Origin: an uncultured bacterium
GTDB lineage: Bacteria; Patescibacteriota; Minisyncoccia; Phycocordibacterales; GWA1-40-21
Assembly: GCA_903831305.1 (NCBI GenBank)
Contig: CAIKXE010000008.1
Location: forward strand, 25,105-89,104
DNA length: 64,000 nt
Direction: 5' to 3'
The notes beneath the pieces are model-generated. The model saw nothing but the letters and a program-made list of their open reading frames with translations. It had not been told where the DNA came from and made no database searches. Positions 56,254 to 64,000 of the stretch are shown here, in pieces; position 1 is the stretch's first letter; each line of letters starts with the position of its first letter. A program made the position numbers and the translations under genes.

Positions 56254-57951
56254 ATGACACAAGCGGAGGCGTTGGACATTTTGAAATTAGGGCACAATGT
56301 TTTTTTGACTGGTCCGGCTGGAAGCGGTAAAACGCATTTGCTGAATAAATATATTAATTTTCTAAAGGATAATTATGTGGATGTGGGGATTACCGCTTCC
56401 ACCGGTATTGCCGCTACGCATATGGGTGGTACCACTATCCACTCCTGGACCGGGATGGGAATTAAGGATGCTTTGAATAAAGGAGACTTGGAAGAATTAA
56501 AATCTCGGAAATATCTGCGGGACCGTTTTGACCGGACCCAAGTCCTAGTGATTGACGAGGTGTCCATGCTCCACCACTTTCGTTTAGACTTGATTGATCA
56601 GATTTGCCGGCATATGAAAAATAGTAATGATCCGTTTGGTGGGATGCAAATTATCCTCTGCGGAGACTTTTTTCAGCTACCACCAGTGGCCCGCTCTGGT
56701 GAACCATTAGCGCAGTTTGCCTATGAAGCGGAGATCTGGAAGGAAGCGAATTTCAAAATATGTTATCTGGAGGAACAACACCGCCAGACTGACTCCGCTT
56801 TTCTAAAGGTTTTAAACGAAATCCGTGGAAACAGATTATCGGAAGAAGGGATGAAACACTTGCTGTCTCGTTCCAAAAACTCTGCCCATTCGCCTGTTTT
56901 GGCGAATGATTTTAAAGAGCCGACAAGACTGCATACGCATAATATTGACGTTGACGAAATTAATCAAAGAGAACTCCTAAAATTGCATGGCCAGCAACGA
57001 GAATATCAGATGGAGAGTAAGGGGAGAAAGCCCTTAGTAGATTCTTTGATTAAGAGTTGCTTGGCGCCAGAAGTATTAAAGCTGAAAGTGGGAGCCAAGG
57101 TGATGTTTGTTAAAAATAATTTTGAGGAGGGTTATGTCAATGGGACTTTGGGTAAAATTGTGGGCTTTGACTATGACGGACCGATTGTGCAGATTACAAA
57201 CGGTAAAAACATCCACGCTAAAACAGCCAACTGGATGATCGAGGAAGATGGCAAGGCAAAGGCAAGTATTGGTCAGTACCCTCTGCGGTTAGCCTGGGCG
57301 ATCACGGTGCATAAGAGCCAGGGGATGAGCTTGGATGCCATAGAGGTGGATTTATCAAAATCATTTGAAAAAGGTATGGGCTATGTGGCTCTTTCCCGCG
57401 TACGTTCCCTTGAGGGTCTTACCTTGCTTGGGCTAAATGAGATAGCCGTGCAAGTGCGCGGAGAGGTATTAGACTTTGATGAAGAATTAAAAAAGATTTC
57501 TAATAAGCATTTGGCGGAGATGGTCAGTTTGTCTGATGCGGATAGATTAGAAAAGCAGAAAAAGTTTTTGAAAAAGATTTCACCGGAGCGCACTTCTACT
57601 GGCCGAATTAAAAAAGTAAAAATTTCTACTTTTGATGAGACAAGGAAGTATTTGGAGGCGGGGCTGAACTTGAATGAGATCGCTTCGGCTAAGGGGACCA
57701 GGGTTGGCACGGTTTTGGACCATTTGGAAAAATTGCTAGCGGAGGATTCTCGACTTGATATCAGACATTTGGAGGGTGAGATTCCGGTTTCAAAATTTAA
57801 GAAAATATATAAAGCCTTCAATGATATTTATGGTGATAATCGGGAGCTACGCCTCTCTCCAGTGATGAAAATCCTCGGTGGTGAAAACGCCGGTTTCCAG
57901 TTTGAGGATTTGCGCTTGGTCCGTCTGTTTTTGAAAAAGAAGGGGATGTAG
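56254..57951 (+). CDS. Pif1/RecD-like SF1B DNA helicase with C-terminal HTH-like extension
   Basis: Walker A TGPAGSGKTHLL; VIDEVSML; ITVHKSQG; C-terminal NLNEIASAKGTRVGTVLDHLEKL. Confidence 0.75.
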   Translation: MTQAEALDILKLGHNVFLTGPAGSGKTHLLNKYINFLKDNYVDVGITASTGIAATHMGGTTIHSWTGMGIKDALNKGDLEELKSRKYLRDRFDRTQVLVIDEVSMLHHFRLDLIDQICRHMKNSNDPFGGMQIILCGDFFQLPPVARSGEPLAQFAYEAEIWKEANFKICYLEEQHRQTDSAFLKVLNEIRGNRLSEEGMKHLLSRSKNSAHSPVLANDFKEPTRLHTHNIDVDEINQRELLKLHGQQREYQMESKGRKPLVDSLIKSCLAPEVLKLKVGAKVMFVKNNFEEGYVNGTLGKIVGFDYDGPIVQITNGKNIHAKTANWMIEEDGKAKASIGQYPLRLAWAITVHKSQGMSLDAIEVDLSKSFEKGMGYVALSRVRSLEGLTLLGLNEIAVQVRGEVLDFDEELKKISNKHLAEMVSLSDADRLEKQKKFLKKISPERTSTGRIKKVKISTFDETRKYLEAGLNLNEIASAKGTRVGTVLDHLEKLLAEDSRLDIRHLEGEIPVSKFKKIYKAFNDIYGDNRELRLSPVMKILGGENAGFQFEDLRLVRLFLKKKGM

Positions 57952-58083
57952 AGTTTAGGACTTTTTTATGCTAGTCTTTTTACAGATGATCTTTCTGTCT
58001 TATAGTCAAGAAAGGTAGTGACTAGTGATAAACAAGGAAGACCGGGCAAGATTAGCCATTGTCCTCATGATCATTGGTGTCAT

Positions 58084-58146
58084 TGTTCTTACTGTGGTGT
58101 TACATTTTGTGATGAATCCTTCAAACTAGTCCACAGTACGGTGAAC
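58084..58146 (+). CDS. Candidate 20-aa hydrophobic micropeptide (MIIGVIVLTVVLHFVMNPSN) followed by the strong terminator GGGCAGG...CCUGCCC+UUUUU at ~58153-58190
   Basis: Tiny ORF plus terminator forming an isolated unit upstream of the 58219 membrane-protein gene; speculative. Confidence 0.2.
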
Positions 58147-58218
58147 GCAAGCGGGCAGGTGTAGTGATGCGCCTGCCCATTTTTAATTGTCAGATTTTAA
58201 TGCTATTATTTACCTGTT

Positions 58219-59313
58219 ATGATTTTAAATAAATTCTCAGATTTTTATAAAAAGTTTGAAAAGTATATTTCACCCATTGGGTTGATTTATGGTTTTATTT
58301 TTACCTTCCTTACCCTGACTCGGGTGGATATGTTTCTAGAAAACTTTTGGATTGTCGTTCACTTACTGATAGCTGGTTTTGGTATTTTAGCCGTTACTTT
58401 ATTTGAGAATCGCGCTGATAAAAAGCAGTTACCGGAGGCGGACCGGGAGAAATTCCATTTCTATTTGACTTTAATTATCCAGTTTGCCTTTGGTGGTTTA
58501 TTTTCTACTTTTTTTGTTTTTTACATGCGCAGTTCTTCCTTGGCGGATAGCTGGTTTTTCTTATTATTACTTCTGGTTTTACTAGTGGGTAATGAATTAT
58601 GGAAGAAACATTATCAAAGACTAGCTTTTCAAGTCAGTGTGCTCTTTATTTCTCTATATTTGTTTTTAGTTTTTCTTTTGCCGGTTATTTTCCACCGTAT
58701 AGGGACAGACTTATTTTTAGCAAGTGGCATTGTCAGTTTACTTCTCATATTCCTTTTTACTTTATTATTACGTCGTTTTTCTCATGAAAATTTTAAACGA
58801 CACCACAATGTTCTTAAGGTAAGTATTATTTCTATTTTTGTTTTGATGAATGTTTTGTATTTTACTAACGTTATTCCACCTATTCCTCTATCACTCAAGG
58901 AAGCCGGTGTCTATCATACTCTAGTGAAGGATGGATCTAATTATCAGGTCACTACTGAGACTAAGTCTTGGCTAGACTTTTTTACCCGCTATCCGGTTAT
59001 TCATCTGAAAACTGGTGATCGAGCATATGTTTTTAGTGCTATCTTTTCACCGGTTAGATTTAATACCGAGATTGTTCACTTGTGGCAACATTATGATGAG
59101 GTGACTAAAGAGTGGGTGAACTCTGGAGTAGTGAATCTAGCAATCACCGGTGGCCGTGAGGGAGGCTTCCGGACTTATTCTTGGCAAAAGGGGGTAAAGA
59201 CTGGTTTGTGGCGAGTAAAGGTGATGACCGCCTCAGGAAAGACTCTGGGTAATGTTAAATTTCGGGTAGAGCAATCCACCTCCACTCCGGCTTTAATCAC
59301 TAAAACATTATAA
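58219..59313 (+). CDS. Polytopic membrane protein with C-terminal soluble domain, unknown function
   Basis: ~8 hydrophobic helices. Confidence 0.5.
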   Translation: MILNKFSDFYKKFEKYISPIGLIYGFIFTFLTLTRVDMFLENFWIVVHLLIAGFGILAVTLFENRADKKQLPEADREKFHFYLTLIIQFAFGGLFSTFFVFYMRSSSLADSWFFLLLLLVLLVGNELWKKHYQRLAFQVSVLFISLYLFLVFLLPVIFHRIGTDLFLASGIVSLLLIFLFTLLLRRFSHENFKRHHNVLKVSIISIFVLMNVLYFTNVIPPIPLSLKEAGVYHTLVKDGSNYQVTTETKSWLDFFTRYPVIHLKTGDRAYVFSAIFSPVRFNTEIVHLWQHYDEVTKEWVNSGVVNLAITGGREGGFRTYSWQKGVKTGLWRVKVMTASGKTLGNVKFRVEQSTSTPALITKTL

Positions 59314-59368
59314 TACAAAAAGCTTTATTTTTTTCTATTTTTAGCTATAATGACCCTACCCATAAAGT

Positions 59369-59442
59369 GGGCGATTAGCTCAGCTGGTTAGAGCGTACGA
59401 TTCACATTCGTAAGGTCACAGGTTCGATTCCTGTATCGCCCA
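59369..59442 (+). tRNA. tRNA-Val (anticodon CAC)
   Basis: Acceptor GGGCGAU/AUCGCCC; anticodon arm UACGA-UUCACAU-UCGUA; T-loop UUCGAUU. Confidence 0.8.
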
Positions 59443-59449
59443 CTAGTAA

Positions 59450-59520
59450 GGGCCTATAGTTCAATGGTAGAACGCATCCATGGCATGGATGAGGTAGGAG
59501 TCCGATTCTCCTTAGGTCCA
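59450..59520 (+). tRNA. tRNA-Ala (anticodon GGC), G3:U70 identity pair present
   Basis: Acceptor GGGCCUA/UAGGUCC with G3:U70; anticodon arm CAUCC-AUGGCAU-GGAUG. Confidence 0.75.
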
Positions 59521-59533
59521 CAATAAAATAAAT

Positions 59534-60514
59534 ATGATAAATAATAAAAAAATTCTCGTGGTTGGGGGAGCCGGATACATTGGCAGTCATGTGGTCAAAG
59601 CCTTGAAGGAGGTGGGCTACAGTCCGGTAGTGTTTGATAATTTGAGCACCGGTTTAAAGCAGAATCTTTTTCCCGATTGTGAATTTATCCTTGGTGATAT
59701 TTTAAATTATGCGGAGATAAAGGGAGCCATGGCGGGAGTGGGAGCGGTGATCCATCTGGCCGCGCTTAAGGCCGCTGGGGATTCTATGCTGGTACCAGAA
59801 AAGTATGCGGTGAATAATGTGAGTGGTACTATTAATCTCTTGAATGCGGTGTCTGAAGCGGGGATTAAGAAGATAATTTTCTCTTCTAGTGCCGCGGTGT
59901 ATGGTAGTCCTAAATATTTACCCCTGGATGAGAAGCACCCCACAAACCCAGAAAACTTTTATGGTTATACTAAACTTGCAGTGGAGGAGCTCTTGTCCTG
60001 GTATTCAAAATTAAAGGGGATTAAGTTTGTGGCCTTGCGGTATTTTAATGCCGTGGGTTATGATGCTAGTCTGGCTATTACCGGGGAGGAGAAAAATCCT
60101 GGTAACCTCTTGCCGATTATTATGGAAGCCGTAGTGGGCCGGAGACCAAAGGTAACTGTCTTTGGTACGGACTATGAGACGGCTGATGGGAGCGGGGTGC
60201 GGGATTATATTCATGTGACAGATCTGGCGCAGGCACATTTACAGTCTTTAGAATATCTGGAGACGCATGACAGTCTGACCGTTAATCTGGGAACCACTAA
60301 AGGCATAAGTGTCCTCGAAATGATAAAAGCGGCCAAGGAAATGTCTGGCGTGGATTTCCCGGTGGAGCTTGGGGCCAGGCGTCCTGGTGACCCCGGTACC
60401 GTTTTGGCGGATGCCAGCTTGGCCAAGCAAGTTTTAAATTGGGAACCAAAATACAGTGATTTGGAAAATATAATTAAAACGACATTATCAGTTTATAAGA
60501 AAAATAATAAATAA
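59534..60514 (+). CDS. galE: UDP-glucose 4-epimerase
   Basis: VVGGAGYIGSHVV Rossmann N-terminus; YGSPKYLPLDE; YxxxK region. Confidence 0.85.
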   Translation: MINNKKILVVGGAGYIGSHVVKALKEVGYSPVVFDNLSTGLKQNLFPDCEFILGDILNYAEIKGAMAGVGAVIHLAALKAAGDSMLVPEKYAVNNVSGTINLLNAVSEAGIKKIIFSSSAAVYGSPKYLPLDEKHPTNPENFYGYTKLAVEELLSWYSKLKGIKFVALRYFNAVGYDASLAITGEEKNPGNLLPIIMEAVVGRRPKVTVFGTDYETADGSGVRDYIHVTDLAQAHLQSLEYLETHDSLTVNLGTTKGISVLEMIKAAKEMSGVDFPVELGARRPGDPGTVLADASLAKQVLNWEPKYSDLENIIKTTLSVYKKNNK

Positions 60515-60520
60515 AATAAA

Positions 60521-60751
60521 ATGGGATTTTTTAAAGATTTGCTTTTGAAGAAGATGCTTAAGAATCAGTTAAAGGGCGTGCCAGAGGATCAACAGAATAA
60601 AATAATTGAGGCGGTAGAAAAGAACCCCAAGTTGTTTCAGGATATTGCCACCGAGGTGCAGGAAAAAATCAAAGGGGGTATGGACCAACAGTCCGCCACT
60701 ATGCAGGTGATGATGAGTCATCAAAAAGAATTGCAGGATTTGATGAGATAA
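60521..60751 (+). CDS. Small helical hypothetical protein (76 aa)
   Basis: ORF only. Confidence 0.4.
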   Translation: MGFFKDLLLKKMLKNQLKGVPEDQQNKIIEAVEKNPKLFQDIATEVQEKIKGGMDQQSATMQVMMSHQKELQDLMR

Positions 60752-60792
60752 TGGGATACAAAAGCCCCAAGATTAGCTTAAAACTTTTAATA

Positions 60793-60874
60793 GTAAAACC
60801 CCGAAAATAGTTTGATTTTTTTGAGTCTGGTTGGGTCCGGACCAAAAAAATTAAAGCTATTTTCGGGGTTTTAC
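60793..60874. terminator. Bidirectional terminator formed by nested inverted repeats (TAAAACCCCGAAAATAG ... CTATTTTCGGGGTTTTA; inner GGTCCGGACC)
   Basis: Lies between convergent genes 60521..60751 (+) and rpsA (-). Confidence 0.65.
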
Positions 60875-60883
60875 TTTGCTATA

Positions 60884-62059
60884 TTATTTCTTCACGGAAT
60901 CTACAAATGATAGACCCATCTTCTGATTCTTAACTTCAAATAAGAGGATTTTGAAAGTATAGCTTTTACCAAGCTCTAATTTCTCCTTCATCTTGATTTC
61001 AGAACCAAATTCAGATATATGAACCAAACCGGAGATCCCTTCCTCAATGGAGGCCAAGGCACCATGCTTGTTAAACTTGATGACCACGCCCTTCACTTCA
61101 TCACCCTTCTTGTATTTCTTCTCGGCTTCAATCCAAGGGTTTTCTTTCAAGGCTTTGATAGAGAGGGAAATCTTGCCATCCTTCACCTCAATGATTTTAG
61201 CATCCACTTTCTCACCCACCTTATAGAAGGCGCGAGGATTTTCTACCAAGGTCCAATCCACTTCAGAGATGTGGACTAGCCCCTCTAGGCCATCCTCAAT
61301 TTTCATAAAGATACCAAAGTCCACAATTCCCGTAATCTCACCATTACAGATATCGCCCACCTTGTACTTGTCTACAATCTTTTGTTTACCTTTCTTCTCA
61401 ATATTTTTCTCAGAGAAGATCAGCTTACCTTCCTTAGGGAGGGCGGTAATGATAGCCACGGATATTTTATGGCCAACCAATTTCTTCAATTCGTCCAAGA
61501 TCTTATCCTTATCACCATCATTGATTCTAGGATAATGCTCAGTTTTGAGTTGGGAAGCGGGAAGGAAACCTTTGATTCCTTGCCAGTTGATGATCAAACC
61601 ACCCTTGTTAGCTTCTTCCACTGGTAATTCCAAAACAGTTTTATTCTTGATAGCCGCCTCTGCTTCATCCCAGATTAGAGCTTGTCTAGCTTCCTTGAGA
61701 GATAATTCAATGTAGCCGTCTTTGTTACCAGCATCTACTACCTTGGCGGAGACTTTATCACCAATATTTATTTTCTTGATAATATCTCGAGCGCTGATGA
61801 ATTCCTTACCAAAGATAATACCTGTTCCATAAGGGTGTAGATTAATATATACACAAGACTTTTCTACCCCGAGTACATCACCCTCCACCACGTCACCAAT
61901 GCTTGGTGGGGTAACACTCTTGTCTACAATCTTGGTCATTAAACTATCCTTTTTCAACTTGAGGGCTTTTTCCTCAGCGGTTGACTCATCGATCACTACT
62001 TTTGCTTTTTTTGCCATATTCTTTAAAAAAAATCGCGCTTTTGGCGCGAACATCGCCAA
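60884..62059 (-). CDS. rpsA: 30S ribosomal protein S1 (four S1 domains)
   Basis: Repeated S1 OB-fold motifs (GxV...G.FV, GLVHISE). Confidence 0.8.
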   Translation of the reverse strand: MAMFAPKARFFLKNMAKKAKVVIDESTAEEKALKLKKDSLMTKIVDKSVTPPSIGDVVEGDVLGVEKSCVYINLHPYGTGIIFGKEFISARDIIKKINIGDKVSAKVVDAGNKDGYIELSLKEARQALIWDEAEAAIKNKTVLELPVEEANKGGLIINWQGIKGFLPASQLKTEHYPRINDGDKDKILDELKKLVGHKISVAIITALPKEGKLIFSEKNIEKKGKQKIVDKYKVGDICNGEITGIVDFGIFMKIEDGLEGLVHISEVDWTLVENPRAFYKVGEKVDAKIIEVKDGKISLSIKALKENPWIEAEKKYKKGDEVKGVVIKFNKHGALASIEEGISGLVHISEFGSEIKMKEKLELGKSYTFKILLFEVKNQKMGLSFVDSVKK

Positions 62060-62264
62060 AAAGGTCCGTTGGTAAACTGTCCCAAGGGTGTTACTTTTTG
62101 TGAACTAATAACTCCGCTAGTATACCTGAAATTTATAGAAAGGCAAGGGGATTTGGTTTTTTGGGGAAAATATGGTAGTATAGCCGTCAATAGTAGTTTA
62201 ATAATCAGCTTACAAATTATTTTATTTTAAAGTTAATTAATTTGTTCGCTTTAACAGAAATAAA

Positions 62265-62738
62265 ATGAAAGGAGAAAGAGAATATTTAACTAAAGACAAA
62301 TTTGATGAGTTGATGAAAGAGCTCAATGAATTAAAAACCGTCAAGCGTAAGGAGGTGGCCGAGAGTTTGGATTATGCTCGTGGTTTGGGTGATTTGTCTG
62401 AAAATGCCGAGTACCATGAAGCCCGTGAGCTCCAAGCTAATATTGAAGATAGAATCGCCAAGTTGGAGTCCATTATGAAGAATACCACTATTATGTCTGG
62501 CGAGGCTTCACATGGGGAATATGTCCATATTGGTTCTACGGTAACGGTGGCAAAGCAGGGTGAGAAGAATCATAAGAAATATAAAATTGTCGGTTCTGAA
62601 GAAGCGGATATGGCGGCCGGCAAGCTCTCAAACAGGAGTCCGCTTGGCTCTGTGGTCCTGGGTAAAAAGGTGGGGGAATCATTTACCTTTAATACACCCG
62701 CCGGGGCGATGACTTATAAGGTCATTGCAATAGAGTAG
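62265..62738 (+). CDS. greA: Transcription elongation factor GreA
   Basis: N-terminal coiled-coil LTKDKFDELMKELNELK...LSENAEYHEARE; C-terminal FKBP-like domain. Confidence 0.85.
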   Translation: MKGEREYLTKDKFDELMKELNELKTVKRKEVAESLDYARGLGDLSENAEYHEARELQANIEDRIAKLESIMKNTTIMSGEASHGEYVHIGSTVTVAKQGEKNHKKYKIVGSEEADMAAGKLSNRSPLGSVVLGKKVGESFTFNTPAGAMTYKVIAIE

Positions 62739-62760
62739 GAACTCAGATATTATATTACTA

Positions 62761-64000
62761 ATGGCTTCATTTTTCGAAATCAGAAATACGCGGATTGAAA
62801 AGTTGAAACTGCTACAGGCAAAAGGTCTTAATCCTTACCCGGCTAAAACCGCTCGGGAGTATTCCTTACAGACGGTGATAGAAAAGTTTGACGAGCTGTC
62901 TCAGCTTCCCCAGCTAGTTTTAGCCGGCCGGGTGATGGCTATCCGTGGACAGGGAGCTTTGGTTTTTTTTAATTTGAATGATGGCACGGCTACTTTTCAG
63001 GGTCTCTTGAAGAAGGATGAGATGGATGCCGAGAGCTTTGACCTATTTGTAAACACCGTGGATATGGGGGACTTTGTAGAGATTAATGGCTTCCTATTTG
63101 TGACGAAGAAAGGTCAGCCGACTCTCCAAGTGAAAGCGTGGAAAATGCTCACCAAGAGCTTGAGTCCTTTGCCGGACAAATGGGATGGACTGCAGGATGA
63201 AGAAGGGCGCCTCCGTAAGCGTTATTTGGATGTCATTTTTAATCCGGAAGCTAAAGAGATTATTATCAAGCGCACCAAATTTTGGCGGGCATTCCGGGAA
63301 TTTTTAAATACTCGAGATTTTATGGAAGTGGAAACCCCGATTTTAGAAAACACCACTGGTGGGGCTGAGGCCAAGCCGTTTAGCACTCATCATAATGCTT
63401 TGAATATGGATGTTTTCTTGCGCATCTCTCCGGAGCTCTGGCTCAAGCGCTTGATGGTGGCTGGTTTTTCCAAGGTGTATGAGATCGGGCGGGTTTTTAG
63501 AAATGAAGGTATGGATGCCGAGCATTTGCAGGACTATACGCAGATGGAGTGCTACCAGGCCTACTCAGATTATGAGCAAGGGATGAAATTTGTGACGGAG
63601 ATGTACCGCTATGTGGCAGAGAAAACTTTTAATACTTTGAAATTTAAGATCAAGGATTTTGAGGTGGACTTGGGTGCCGAGTGGGAGACCTATGACTTTG
63701 TGGCGACGATTAAAAAGATGACCGGAGTGGATGTGCTGACGGCAGATTTGAAATTGATTGAAAAGAAGCTGCGTGAATTGAAGGTGGAGTATGATAGTAA
63801 GAATGGTTTTAATTTGACTCGTGGGGTGGATAATCTCTGGAAATATTGCCGTAAGCAGATAGCAGGCCCAGGCTTTTTGATCAATGTGCCGGTGATGATG
63901 GAGCCGTTGGCCAAGCGGATGGAGAGTAACCCAAATCTAGTGGAGCGTTTCCAGATTATTTTAGCCGGCTCGGAGATGGGCAAGGGCTTCTCTGAGCTCA
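62761..64000 (+). CDS. lysS: Lysyl-tRNA synthetase (class II), 3' end beyond window
   Basis: OB anticodon-binding domain, then class II motifs FMEVETPIL and YEIGRVFRNEG; no stop before the window end. Confidence 0.85.
   Translation, partial: MASFFEIRNTRIEKLKLLQAKGLNPYPAKTAREYSLQTVIEKFDELSQLPQLVLAGRVMAIRGQGALVFFNLNDGTATFQGLLKKDEMDAESFDLFVNTVDMGDFVEINGFLFVTKKGQPTLQVKAWKMLTKSLSPLPDKWDGLQDEEGRLRKRYLDVIFNPEAKEIIIKRTKFWRAFREFLNTRDFMEVETPILENTTGGAEAKPFSTHHNALNMDVFLRISPELWLKRLMVAGFSKVYEIGRVFRNEGMDAEHLQDYTQMECYQAYSDYEQGMKFVTEMYRYVAEKTFNTLKFKIKDFEVDLGAEWETYDFVATIKKMTGVDVLTADLKLIEKKLRELKVEYDSKNGFNLTRGVDNLWKYCRKQIAGPGFLINVPVMMEPLAKRMESNPNLVERFQIILAGSEMGKGFSEL

Noticed and set aside
59402-59590. 62-aa minus-strand ORF
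   Set aside because: It overlaps the tRNA-Val and tRNA-Ala genes on the opposite strand; spurious.

Overview
AT-rich (by eye roughly 35-42% GC), gene-dense bacterial chromosome segment with small housekeeping proteins, a glycine-rich type IV pilin-like protein and DUF559 cassettes. This style is consistent with a small-genome CPR/Patescibacteria-like organism, but that is inferred from sequence style only. Housekeeping content includes topA, rel (RelA/SpoT), parB, miaA, serS, pyrG, rplU, rpmG, dprA, dnaX, uvrB, tgt, a PBP2 transpeptidase, a Pif1-type helicase, galE, rpsA, greA, lysS (3' truncated) and a lexA SOS locus. Six tRNAs are present (Asn, Trp, Leu, Gln, Val, Ala). Superimposed on this backbone are several accessory signals:
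(i) The left 8 kb looks like an integrated element. A large serine recombinase gene runs 12 nt into the 3' end of tRNA-Asn, and the cargo includes an 1160-aa PLD-nuclease/SNF2-helicase fusion that is translationally coupled to a further, window-truncated gene (candidate defence module).
(ii) At least six sharply GC-rich (by eye ~55-60%) mini-cassettes lie in the AT-rich backbone. Each has an AT-rich sigma70-like promoter, a GC-rich leader, and small signal-peptide, Cys-rich or metallophosphoesterase ORFs, followed by a strong intrinsic terminator.
(iii) A three-gene block carries identical 20-bp perfect palindromes over its promoters and includes a Zn-ribbon protein and a Cas2-fold-like protein.
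(iv) A DUF559 endonuclease gene is bounded by 14-bp terminal inverted hairpins and lies inside a ~1.1 kb segment flanked by 46-bp direct repeats of a terminator-promoter module.
(v) Two GC-rich putative structured RNA loci have promoters and terminators but no recognisable family.
(vi) A 14-mer containing a perfect DnaA box recurs three times in promoter regions.
All calls come from reading the sequence and ORF translations by eye; no database searches were run.
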